From Octopus sinensis (Eukaryota), in NCBI RefSeq assembly GCF_006345805.1, contig NW_021835820.1, positions 1 through 37,815 on the forward strand: 37,815 nt of DNA, written 5' to 3'. Within the stretch, counting starts at the first letter, position 1; each line of letters opens with the position of its first letter. The notes beneath the pieces were generated by a model. That model was not told the origin of the DNA. It did not search any database and saw only the letters and a program-made list of their open reading frames with translations. Below, in pieces: positions 12,120 to 21,600 of the stretch. The translations under genes were made by a program, and so were the position numbers.

Positions 12120-13226
12120 TCACTCATCTTCTAAATACGAAAGATAAAATCCCTAAAAATGAAAAAAGAAAACAACAAGTTGTAGAGAAGCAGCAGCCAA
12201 GAGCATCATTTTGGGGTTAAAGCGGACAAGACGAACACACTCGTTAGGCAAAGTCGACTTGATTTGACAAGTCCTGACCCCCGACTCGACGTTCCAGGAA
12301 TGCAATCCACCGTCAGTAGAACCAGAAATCACATACTGCGAGTCCGGGGTGAAATCTGCTTCAATTTTTGAATGATTGTTGGTAAATCCCTGAACGAGTA
12401 ACCAAATAGAAATGCCTCAAATGCGTGTTTGAAGGTCCCGTGGAATGCATCCACAAGGAAATGACAGCACCCGGAAGTGGAGACCAAAATATTTTTCCCG
12501 TCGGGACTGAATTTAATGCCCGTCCACTCGGGGGTCTCCTTGATGTCCGAAGTGAGGAAAGGACCCTCCAAATGAACAAATCAAACAAACCTTGTCATAC
12601 GATCGCAAATCATAAAATTTGAGTGTAGACCGATATCCCACCGTGAATATGAGTCCTTCGGGGTCGATCGCGGCCACGGGGAAGTCAGGGACAGTCAGCA
12701 TTCCCTACTTTCCCCAAACACTCAAACCTGGCAATTCGGAGACTTGAGATCCCAAATCCTCACAGTCTTGTCGAGGGAGGCGGAAAGAAAGAGATCATCA
12801 AGTGGGGACATCTGGAGACAGGTCACTCTAAAATAAACAATATTCTCCCTACCGATCACTATGTCCACTAAAATAGCGAATATACTGATTATTGTGGAGT
12901 GAGAGGTACCGAACACTGTCTATGAATTGATGGAGGGGGAGGACCGTCCAGTTTGGTGGATGCGTGGATGACCGTATTCTCCGCGTGAGTGTATTGGATT
13001 AGAGACACCCCATATTTCTTGCTGTTTAAAAGTCTCTGGAATCTGGGAGAGTTTTGTGGAGGAATACATTCCGTTGTTGCAGTCGTAGATTGAAATTTGT
13101 CATCATCTCCGCTTGTGATGAGAATCTCCCCGTTTTTTGTAAGTCCATGTGATTTATTTCCTTGCGGTTCTCCTTGAATACTTTTGCGACGCGCAGACAT
13201 TGCATAGACTGATTGTCCAGCTTCAT
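12120..13226 (-). CDS. WDR82: WD40 protein WDR82/Swd2 (COMPASS subunit), copy 1 with single-base deletions near the 5' end
   Basis: [103 protein letters not shown]. Copy 2 is in frame where this copy is shifted. Confidence 0.93.
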
Positions 13227-13430
13227 TTTTCACACGTGAATAATGTTTTTATAAAATTTAAAGTTTTAATTTTAAAAAGTTTTAAATTATATTAAAAGGT
13301 AAAACTCATATTGATTATTGTGGTGACAAATATTACTAAATGTTGGTGGACCTTTGAATGGTTTTAAAATTAGTATTTTATAGTTAAAAAGAGTTGTAGT
13401 TAATAATTTAATTAAGACAGTAAAACAAGA

Positions 13431-13725
13431 TCATCTCCACCCTCTTTTGATTGCATATAAATGGAGTTTTGACAGTTGAGGTGCCACAAGTGGGTTCAGC
13501 TGTATTAGCCACGTGACCAACCAACTAAATTCGTTAATTAAAACTGATTGTACTGAATGTAGCAACATATCGCAGTAATGGCGAGTAGAATCATTATCAT
13601 TCTAAACACATTAGGGGACATAACGTACAGCTTCTAGCGAGATTCTTCAGGAAAATGGACGAAATGATTAGAAAGAGAACCCACAGTAGAGTGATGATAC
13701 AAAAGTTTAGCGAGGCATAGTCCAT
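13431..13725 (-). CDS. ATP6V0E: V-type ATPase V0 subunit e, 3 exons
   Basis: Two TM segments, then AICCYIHWLVTWLIQLNPLVAPQL...W, matching the CCYLFW...QLNPLxGPQL signature. Not in the ORF track because introns of 27 and 29 nt split it. Confidence 0.88.
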
Positions 13726-13826
13726 TCCTAGTGACACACAAGAAACCACAATTAAAATATAATTTATTTAATAAATAAGTAAATTAAAATAAAAAGGTTA
13801 ATTTCTTGGTTTTTTAATAACGTGGA

Positions 13827-14988
13827 CTAATCTGTTGTGCATCTTCTCCTTGAGTACAGAAAACAGTAAGAATGAGTGCGCGTTAAATCAGGTCCAAACA
13901 ACTCCTCGACCTGTTTGACATCATCGACAGACAAATCAGCCACGGCCACCTACCAATCTCCCATCTCCTCTACCAAAAGAGTCTTCAAATACTGGTACAA
14001 CCTCAGTCGACACGAGTTTATCTGTCAAACATATTCAGAACACAACCTTCGGGTCCTCTCGATAGGTCCTCCTCGACTGTCCTCCCACAATATTTACCAA
14101 AAATCGCACAATCCTTCTCCCACACAGGAATAGAGCAATTCTGGCCAATTAGCCTACTGAATACATTCACAATGCAGAGGAGGAGCACTCTCGATATTTC
14201 CAACTGGACGAGTACTCCACAGAGAGGGTACAGCAATGCTTTGTTCGACACTCCCTCGAACTCAAAAACAATTAACCACGTCGAAAGCACTCTCGAATTC
14301 GTCTAATTGGGTCAGTCAGCACACAACTGATATCCACATGGCACTCTATTATCAACTGCTTTACAAATATCTGTTCGACAACCACTGACTGGGTTATATA
14401 CTAGAATACACTCTCCGAGTATTCCAATGCTTTGTACAGATGATTCAGAGCATCCGGAAAGTGGCAAATTTTCTAATAAAATGTAATATAGTACCATCAA
14501 ATAGTGCCCGATTTCCAAACTGAATTGAAATACTTTTAGGCTTTTTTGGCCGCAATGAAGATCTGCCGAATGATGACAAAATCAACTTGAATGCACTGAT
14601 TGTAGCACTGTATTGCGTTCTCCAGATCCTCTCCGAATGTTATGAAACGATTCATTCTGCAGTACGTGTCGTGGGATATGTATTTCCTGGCTGCTTCTAT
14701 AAGATCTGTCGGGTCGGACAATACTTCCTTAGAACAGGCTGCCTGAAAACTAATTTATGATAAATTGGACTACTCGTGGCTTAGGTAGTGGAGAAATGCG
14801 GCACAGTCATCGTCGAATTCTCCCTGGTTGTGGAAGGACTTTATTAGGGCAGACATTTTTTTATGAGGTCGCTGTTGTTTGCTCTTTTTGATGATCGTCT
14901 AGAATTTATTTTATTTATCTACTTTTTAATTTGTTTATTATTTCTCTGTATTCTAAAAATATTTCGTTGAATGGTTTATTGCGGACAT
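13827..14988 (-). CDS. F8A1: Huntingtin-associated protein 40 (HAP40) homolog, multi-exon, with apparent homopolymer frameshifts
   Basis: FLEYREIINKLK, LIEAARKYI, FGEDLENAIQCY, LEIGHYL...ALNHLYKALE, VLVQLEISRVLLLCIV and LYQYLKTLLVAV align in order with HAP40 motifs as I recall them (FLARYRLVSNKLK, LTEAARLFL, YGEPLQAA, VLVRCEVSRVLLLLLL). Confidence 0.72.
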
Positions 14989-15080
14989 TGACTCACAAAG
15001 AGACACTTATTTTATTTAAAATAATTAACTATATAAAATAGTCAGAAAACTGTTCCAAGACAAAGCTTATATTTATTGTA

Positions 15081-15516
15081 ATGTCTCAGCACGATTAGTT
15101 AGTGTACCAGATTGCATTGACTGGTCTATCAAGCAGGTGGGAGACTGGGTCAAAACAGAACTTGGCCACCCTGAGTTGGCAGTAATCAATGCTTGATTAA
15201 TCGAAAGGAATGCTTTGAGAATAACTACATAAATGGCCGAAAACTAATTCACATGCACGCCTCAAATTTACCCAAAATTGGAATCAGAGATTGGAATCTG
15301 ATCAAAGTTTTTTGATAACATTTAGTTAAGTTTATTTCATTGGAAATAAGGAAACTCTTAGGAATCGACTTGGAGGAATATTCACGCAGCATTTCCCTCC
15401 AGCCTAGAGATAATTTAGGTTTAAATTTTAACTTTTAAGCAGCTCTGTTTCTTGAACTGAAAAGCAGAAGTGGAAAGAAATCTGACAAACTTGGACCGAC
15501 AGAGTTTCGAAATTAA
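15081..15516 (+). CDS. SAMD15: SAM-domain protein, SAMD15-like; start codon uncertain
   Basis: Spliced WSIKQVGDWV...ECFENNYINGRKLIHMHASNLPKIGIRDW...RKLLGI...SRSISLQPRDNLALFLELKSRSGKKSDKL; introns 26, 24, 24 nt. ATG at 15081 needs a 1-nt correction. Confidence 0.82.
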
Positions 15517-15630
15517 ATAAAAATGCAAAATGGCAGCCACCATTGGCTAATCTGCGGACAACAATGTCATATCTCTTCACATAATTATTTTTACCTACTA
15601 ACAAATGACATCTTAATATAAAATGGTATG

Positions 15631-15674
15631 GTGTGTGTCTGTCTGTCTGTCTGTGTGTCTGTCTGTCTGTCTGT
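15631..15674 (+). repeat. (TGTC)n/(TG)n microsatellite near the Helitron 5' end
   Basis: gtgtgtgtctgtctgtctgtctgtgtgtctgtctgtctgtctgt. Confidence 0.9.
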
Positions 15675-15788
15675 GCACACCCACATTCAAATTGTTACAA
15701 ACCAGATCAAATTGTCAAAACCTTCCCTTTTGTAGTTATTCGATAATGAGGCACAATAAAAGGTTGATATCCTCTAAGAACCTTCCTG

Positions 15789-17268
15789 ATGAACAACAAG
15801 AAAGTCCTCGACTCACATGATGTGGTCCCCCAAAACCTTCAAGCCAAAAAATTAAAAAAATTATTTTCTGCGTTTTTGTTAAATGAACAACAAGAAAGTC
15901 CTCGACTCACATGATGTGGTCCCCCAAAACCTTCAAGCCAAAAAATTAAAAAAATTATTTTCTGCGTTTTTGTTAAAATGAACAACAAGAAAGTCCTCGA
16001 CTCACATGATGTGGTCCCCCAAAACCTTCAAGCTAAAAAATAAAAAAAATTATTTTCTTTCTGCGTTTTTGTTAAAATGACCAACAAGAAAGTCCTCGAC
16101 TCACATGATGTGGTCCCCCAAACCTTCAAGCCAAAAATAAAAAAAATTATTTTCTGCGTTTTTGTTAAAATGAACAACAAGAAATCCTCGACTCACATGA
16201 TGTGGTCCCCCAAAACCTTCAAGCCAAAAATTAAAAAAAATTATTTTCTGCGTTTTTGTTAAAATGAACAACAAGAAAGTCCTCGACTCACATGATGTGG
16301 TCCCCCAAAACCTTCAAGCTAAAAAATTAAAAAAATTATTTTCTGCGTTTTTGTTAAAATGAACAACAAGAAAGTCCTCGACTCACATGATGTGGTCCCC
16401 CAAAACCTTCAAGCCAAAAATTAAAAAAAATTATTTTCTCGCGTTTTTGTTAAAATGAACAACAAGAAAGTCCTCGACTCACATGATGTGGTCCCCCCCA
16501 AAACCTTCAAGCTAAAAAATTAAAAAAAATATTTTCTGCGTTTTTGTTAAAATGAACAACAAGAAAGTCCTCGACTCACATGATGTGGTCCCCCAAACCT
16601 TCAAGGTAAAAAATTAAAAAAATTATTTTCTGCGTTTTTGTTAAAATGAGCAACAAGAAAGTCCTCGACTCACATGATGTGGTCCCCCAAAACCTTCAAG
16701 GTAAAAAATTAAAAAAATTATTTTCTGCGTTTTTGTTAAAATGAACAACAAGAAAGTCCTCGACTCACATGATGTGGTCCCCCAAAACTTTCAAGCCAAA
16801 AAATTAAAAAAATTATTTTCTGCGTTTTTGTTAAAATAAACAACAAGAAAGTCCTCGACTCACATGATGTGGTCCCCCAAAACCTTCAAGCCAAAAATTA
16901 AAAAAAATTATTTTCTGCGTTTTTGTTAAAATGAACAACAAGAAAGTCCTCGACTCACATGATGTGGTCCCTCAAAACCTTCAAGCCAAAAATTAAAAAA
17001 AATTATTTTCTGCGTTTTTGTTAAAATGAACAACAAGAAAGTCCTCGACTCACATGATGTGGTCCCTCAAAACCTTCAAGCCAAAAAATTAAAAAAAATT
17101 ATTTTCTGCGTTTTTGTTAAATGACAACAAGAAAGTCCTCGACTCACATGATGTGGTCCCCCAAAACCTTCAAGCCAAAAATTAAAAAAAATATTTTTGC
17201 GTTTTTGTTAAAATAACGACAAGAAAGTCCTCGACTCACATGATGAGGTCCTCCACAACCTTCAAGCC
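15789..17268 (+). repeat. Tandem satellite, ~95 bp unit, 16 copies (last partial)
   Basis: Unit atgaacaacaagaaagtcctcgactcacatgatgtggtcccccaaaaccttcaagccaaaaaattaaaaaaattattttctgcgtttttgttaaa; 16 cores counted; no unique spacers. Confidence 0.97.
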
Positions 17269-17989
17269 TCGTGAGGCCATTAATTAGCTTAGCTATCTTT
17301 TTTCGATGACATAAATTCTTTTTTGTTAAATTTTTCGTTAAAAAATAAAATAAAAGCTCTAATTGTTATCGACCATGAATAGACTGTGCAATTAATCAGA
17401 TTTTGAAAACCACTAAAAGGAAAAAGCAAAAATTATTAGAGATTTACATAATTGATTCTTTTTAACTGCCGAAACTGACAAATTCGATTATGCTACTGTT
17501 TAGATTTCTTAAAAGATAGAGGCAAATAAAATTTAAATTAGTCATGTAAATTTCAATTTGCCTATATTTAATCTCCTTGATTTAACAGGCTTTAATTTTT
17601 TTCCTTATAATACTACAAAGATGAAGCTGATTATCATTTTTCTTTACCGAAACAGACAAGTTCGATTATGCTAAAGTTTTCAATTCCTTTAAACATAGAG
17701 GCAATTAAGTATAATGGCTTTGATTGGATAATACACTTTACATAAATTTCACTAAATAAATTTACGTAGAAAATTTAATATAAATTACTGATTCGCGTTT
17801 ACAAAATCATAAGAAAGTCCTATAAAGAGAGATCTGAGAATGTTAACAAACAAGAGAATATGAACCATATAACAAAAAAGAGAAACGAGGGAAGATGTGC
17901 TTAAATGGTGAGGGAACTTAGACAACAGCTGAACAAGGTCAGGACTGCTGTTAGACTCAACTACGGGTAATAGAATTATGCATTCTAGG

Positions 17990-18790
17990 TTATTTGTTTG
18001 GGATGAATGTACGATGGCTCATAAAGGCGCATTCAAGCAGTTGACCGAACATATATAGATATCAAGAATTGTAGCGACCATTTGTTTGGGGGAGCATTAG
18101 TTGTATTGGCAGGTGATTTTAGACAGACGCTGCCAATTATTCAAGAGGGACGCCTGCGGATGAATTGAATGCCTGCCTCAAATCGTCATATTTGTGGACA
18201 CACGTGAAAAAGGTAAGCTTAGATGTAAATGTACATGCACATTTACAAGGCGTTAATAGCATATTCCCACAAATCCTTCTAGATATTGGAAATGGGGCAA
18301 TCACTTCAGAAATGCACGACCAGAAAATTAGGCTACCGGAAGAATTATGTATTTTCGTAGAAACAGCAGAAGAATTATTGAATGCCGTCTATTCCGAACT
18401 ATCTGAACACTACGTGAATTTCGACTGGCTGCGTGAACGAGCTATATTAGCTCCACTTAATGATGAGGTACTTAATATAAATTTAGATTTATTAATGAAA
18501 ATCCCTGGCAGAGAAAGAATATATAAATCGGTCGACGTTATTATGGACCATGAAAGGCCTGCGATAGATTTAAGAGACTACATTTCCGCTGAAGATAAGT
18601 TTTGCTATGACAATAAACAAGCCCAGGGACAGTCTTTAAAGGTAGTAGGCTTATTTTTAGAGAACGAGTGCTTTTCACATGGCCAGCTGTATGTGGGGTG
18701 CTCAAGGGTAGGTAGAAAAAAATTTATTTATATTTGCCAAGGATGGACGGACTGCAAACATCGTTTATCCACAGGCCTTAGAATAAGGTT
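17990..18790 (+). pseudogene. Helitron PIF1-family helicase fragment, frameshifted and internally deleted
   Basis: WDECTMAHK (motif II), FGGALVVLAGDFRQTLP (III), LNACLKSSYLW, LLDIGNG, WLRERAILAPLN, AQGQSLKVVG (V), FSHGQLYVGCSRV (VI). No Walker A or Rep domain seen. Confidence 0.9.
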
Positions 18791-19059
18791 ATATCAAAGC
18801 AGGTCGCATTTATATATCTACATAAATTTATAGTTATTTAAGGAAACTGCGAGCGTAGCGAGCAGGGCCTCCGCAGGAGCTAGCTCGCAGTGAGCGAAGC
18901 GAACTGCTGAGCTAGTAATTTGATAAAATTGCGTATTCTAAATACGTTTATGATAGCTAGTTCTTGTTTATATATTTTTTCTGTTAGTCCAGCTGAGTAG
19001 AGTGGGCAAAGCTCTGGAAGGTTTCATTAAATGGATCTTGACTACAAAAATCGGTGACC

Positions 19060-19410
19060 TTTGTGTGTGGTGATCCAGTGAACGTCTTAAAGGAAAAGCA
19101 ACAATACAAGTATTTTGTCTTGATCAAAAAAACGAGAAATTGTGGAGTTGGCGTCAATATTATGCAAATCGCCTCATTGCGGAAAACTAATTCTATTCGT
19201 TGAATGAGTATGCTATTTCTTTGCTTGATTACTACTGCGGTCTGATCGAATTCAAGCCAAGTGAGTACGATGAAATGTAGTCAGGAGAGTACTCTAAGAG
19301 AATCACCTTCATGTACTGACAAAACAGATTATACTCATTTCGGACAGTTGGAACATGGAATGAGTAATGTCATCTATTTAAGTGATAGAGGTTTTATTAC
19401 AATGTACGAA
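19060..19410 (+). mobile_element. Decayed non-LTR RT C-terminal fragment (R4/Dong-like)
   Basis: Pieces in order across shifts: QYKYF, LCKSPHCG, LNEYAISLLDYYCGLIEFKPSEYDEM, RLY...GHGMSNV. Confidence 0.55.
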
Positions 19411-19422
19411 AATAAAATAAAA

Positions 19423-19495
19423 GCCTCGGTGGTGTAGCGGTTATCACGTTCGCCTTACACGCGAAAGGTTCTGGGTTCGACTCCCAGCCGGGGTA
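19423..19495 (+). tRNA. trnV-UAC: tRNA-Val(TAC)
   Basis: 73 nt cloverleaf: acceptor gcctcgg/ccggggt, D arm tggtgtagcggttatcac, anticodon arm ttcgc-cttacac-gcgaa, T arm ctggg-ttcgact-cccag; T-run just downstream. Confidence 0.96.
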
Positions 19496-19755
19496 TCTTT
19501 GCATTTTCCAATTTCAACATTTTGGTCATATTTTGTCGCGGGTAAATAAATTGTGAGACATTGTTAGAATTTCTTGTTCAATGCTGTCTTTTTCTACTAG
19601 TACATTATTAAATTCTGGAATCCAGCAATACCCTGGATTGACTAACTCCTAAGAAATATTTAAGAAACAGCTTATTGATGAGGAGGCTTTTCGTTTTATA
19701 TAGAGATAGCCTCTTCAATGTATTTCACCAATTTATTTTTATTATACAATTTTTC

Positions 19756-20141
19756 CCGTTTGAGTTCGGCAAGTCTCTGTTATGGGATGCGACGTGTTCA
19801 GACACTTTCTCGGAGCTCAACCTTCCTTCTTCAGCTGTCGAGGCTGGCTCAGTCTCTCGCAAAGCCGAGAAGATGAAGATTGGAAAGTACAAGGAGCTCT
19901 CTGAACGGTATCTGTTCACTCCCATCGCCGTCGAGACTTCCGGGGTCATCGGCGAAAAGTCTCTTTCCTTTCTAAAAAAGCTTGGCCGCATGATCTCCCA
20001 TAAACGGGGAGACCCACGCGAGTCCAAGTGGCTTTTCGAAAGGATTTCCTTGGCCATAGTACGTGGAAACTGTGTTTCCATTTACGAGGCCGGAAATTTA
20101 GTTAGTTAATAACTATTTGTCAATTACATATAAATTCCAAA

Positions 20142-20174
<33 letters not shown>
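19756..20174 (+). mobile_element. 5'-truncated CRE-like non-LTR retrotransposon (RLE endonuclease end) with poly(A) and TSD
   Basis: GKSLLWDATCSDT...AEKMKIGKY...FTPIAVETSG...WLFERISLAIVRGN, stop at 20109, A31 tail at 20144-20174, TSD aatttttc at 19748-19755 and 20173-20180. GC content higher than flanks. Confidence 0.88.
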
Positions 20175-20178
<4 letters not shown>

Positions 20179-21059
20179 TCATTTTTGAAAATTCCAACCT
20201 CTTGAAGGAAGGATACTGACTTCATTTCAGTACGGGGAAGTTCATAGTCCTTCAGTTTTGCAAATTTTCGCATGACAACTGTATCATTCGTCTCCACAAG
20301 CCGGTAAAAAATTCAAATTTTTTTTAAAAAAAATTAGAATAAAATTTACAAATTCGGCATTGTTCCATTATTTAAATTTTTGATTTAATATTCATAAAAA
20401 TTTTCATTAATTCATTTAGAGGCTATTTTCGTGCAGGATGAAATGCAACAGTACCAATCCATTTCAATACACAAGTCACTAAATCCATTTCCTCATTTCT
20501 CATCGAATTTCACGAGGATACCGGAAATATTTCGCAGCCCAGATTTTTAATAAAAGTTTTAAGTGACTCACGTCCGATGGTCTTATTTTTGACGTCGTTG
20601 AAAGGATAGTCGAGAGCCTACAAGTCAGCTCAACGACCCCCGCTGGGTATTCAACGGCAGTTTCCCCGAGCTCAGCGACCCGAATTCGCTAGGGAACCCA
20701 GTCGCCTCTCTCTGGTCGTTAATTTTCGTGGAAATTTTCCTATCAATGTCAGTAACAAGTTGAATCACAAACAATTATTGATGTAACCGTAAATATTTTG
20801 GAAGTTATTCAGGGATTTTTGGACGTTGAATGCGTAGTAAAGTGTCAAAACCAATAGAATAATTTACTAGATCTTCAAATACTCTCTCAATTCTCTGAGG
20901 ACCTGTATTACTGGTAAGCTGTAAGTTAAGTCAACTTTGTTAATTTATGAAGAACAAAATTCTTCAATAAATATAAGAATATTTTGCTTTATAAATTCTC
21001 AATCTCAATAAAAACTTCTTATTTTTTGCAACATGAATAATTTTGTAGCAAGTTATTGG

Positions 21060-21600
21060 TAACATGGCCTGTTTTGACAAAATGGTTCGTAGTTTACTAT
21101 TTGATCTCAAATTAAAATTTGATTTTTTTAATTGACCTAGAAATAAGGATATTCGGAGAATGTTAATGCATCGCTATATGACTTAAGACATTCCATAACA
21201 AAGTGACAAATTAGGGATTGTGCGTTTAATCATGTTTATGCCTCTATTCCGAATGAGCGATGCTAAATTGCCTCATCGATCTGAAAAGGTCTAAAGAGTT
21301 AACTGAGGATACAAATGGATCCTATTTGTTTTTGACTTATATTGTCAATTTTATGATTATAATTATTTTAGTTTCTAGAAATATCGAGTCCCCGGATTCT
21401 AAATCTGACAATAATAGGACAGAATTGAAAAATTTCGAAATCCGAATTGTCTGGGAAAGTTTAAGATTCAACAAATTTACAGCAGTCTGAACAATCTTAG
21501 ATTATAGTTTTTCAAGAAAATATACATATTCTTGTAAAAATCAGTTAACGATGATCGAATACATAAACGGTGTTTATTTAACTAATGGCGAGAATGGATG
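21060..21600 (+). pseudogene. Decayed paralog of the unknown gene at 5921-7408
   Basis: aatcatgtttatgcctctattccgaatgag...ctgaaaaggtctaaagagttaactgaggatacaaatggat...ttttatgattataattattttagtt parallels 6697-6830. Confidence 0.5.

Larger units (their letters stand above)
10981..13505 (+). repeat. Segmental duplication block B, copy 1 (matches 35286-37815)
   Basis: Identity resumes at agttaattagggtaattaatt; offset ~24305. Confidence 0.96.
15611..18915 (+). mobile_element. Non-autonomous Helitron with internal satellite and PIF1 remnant
   Basis: 5' TC (tcttaatatataaaatg) after A15610, then (tgtc)n. 3' GC-rich hairpins plus CTAG (18912-18915) before T18916. No TSD; internal PIF1 helicase motifs. 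Confidence 0.88.

Noticed and set aside
15623-16262. ORFs 15623-15820 and 16077-16262 as genes
   Set aside because: They are translations of microsatellite and satellite sequence.
15789-17268. CRISPR-like array next to a helicase
   Set aside because: Units are identical end to end with no unique spacers, there are no cas genes, the context is eukaryotic, and the helicase is Helitron PIF1.
20400-20900. Minus-strand gene with a BACK-like motif (EEMDLVTCVLKWIG)
   Set aside because: GC content suggests coding relics, but I could not build a consistent spliced frame or family assignment.
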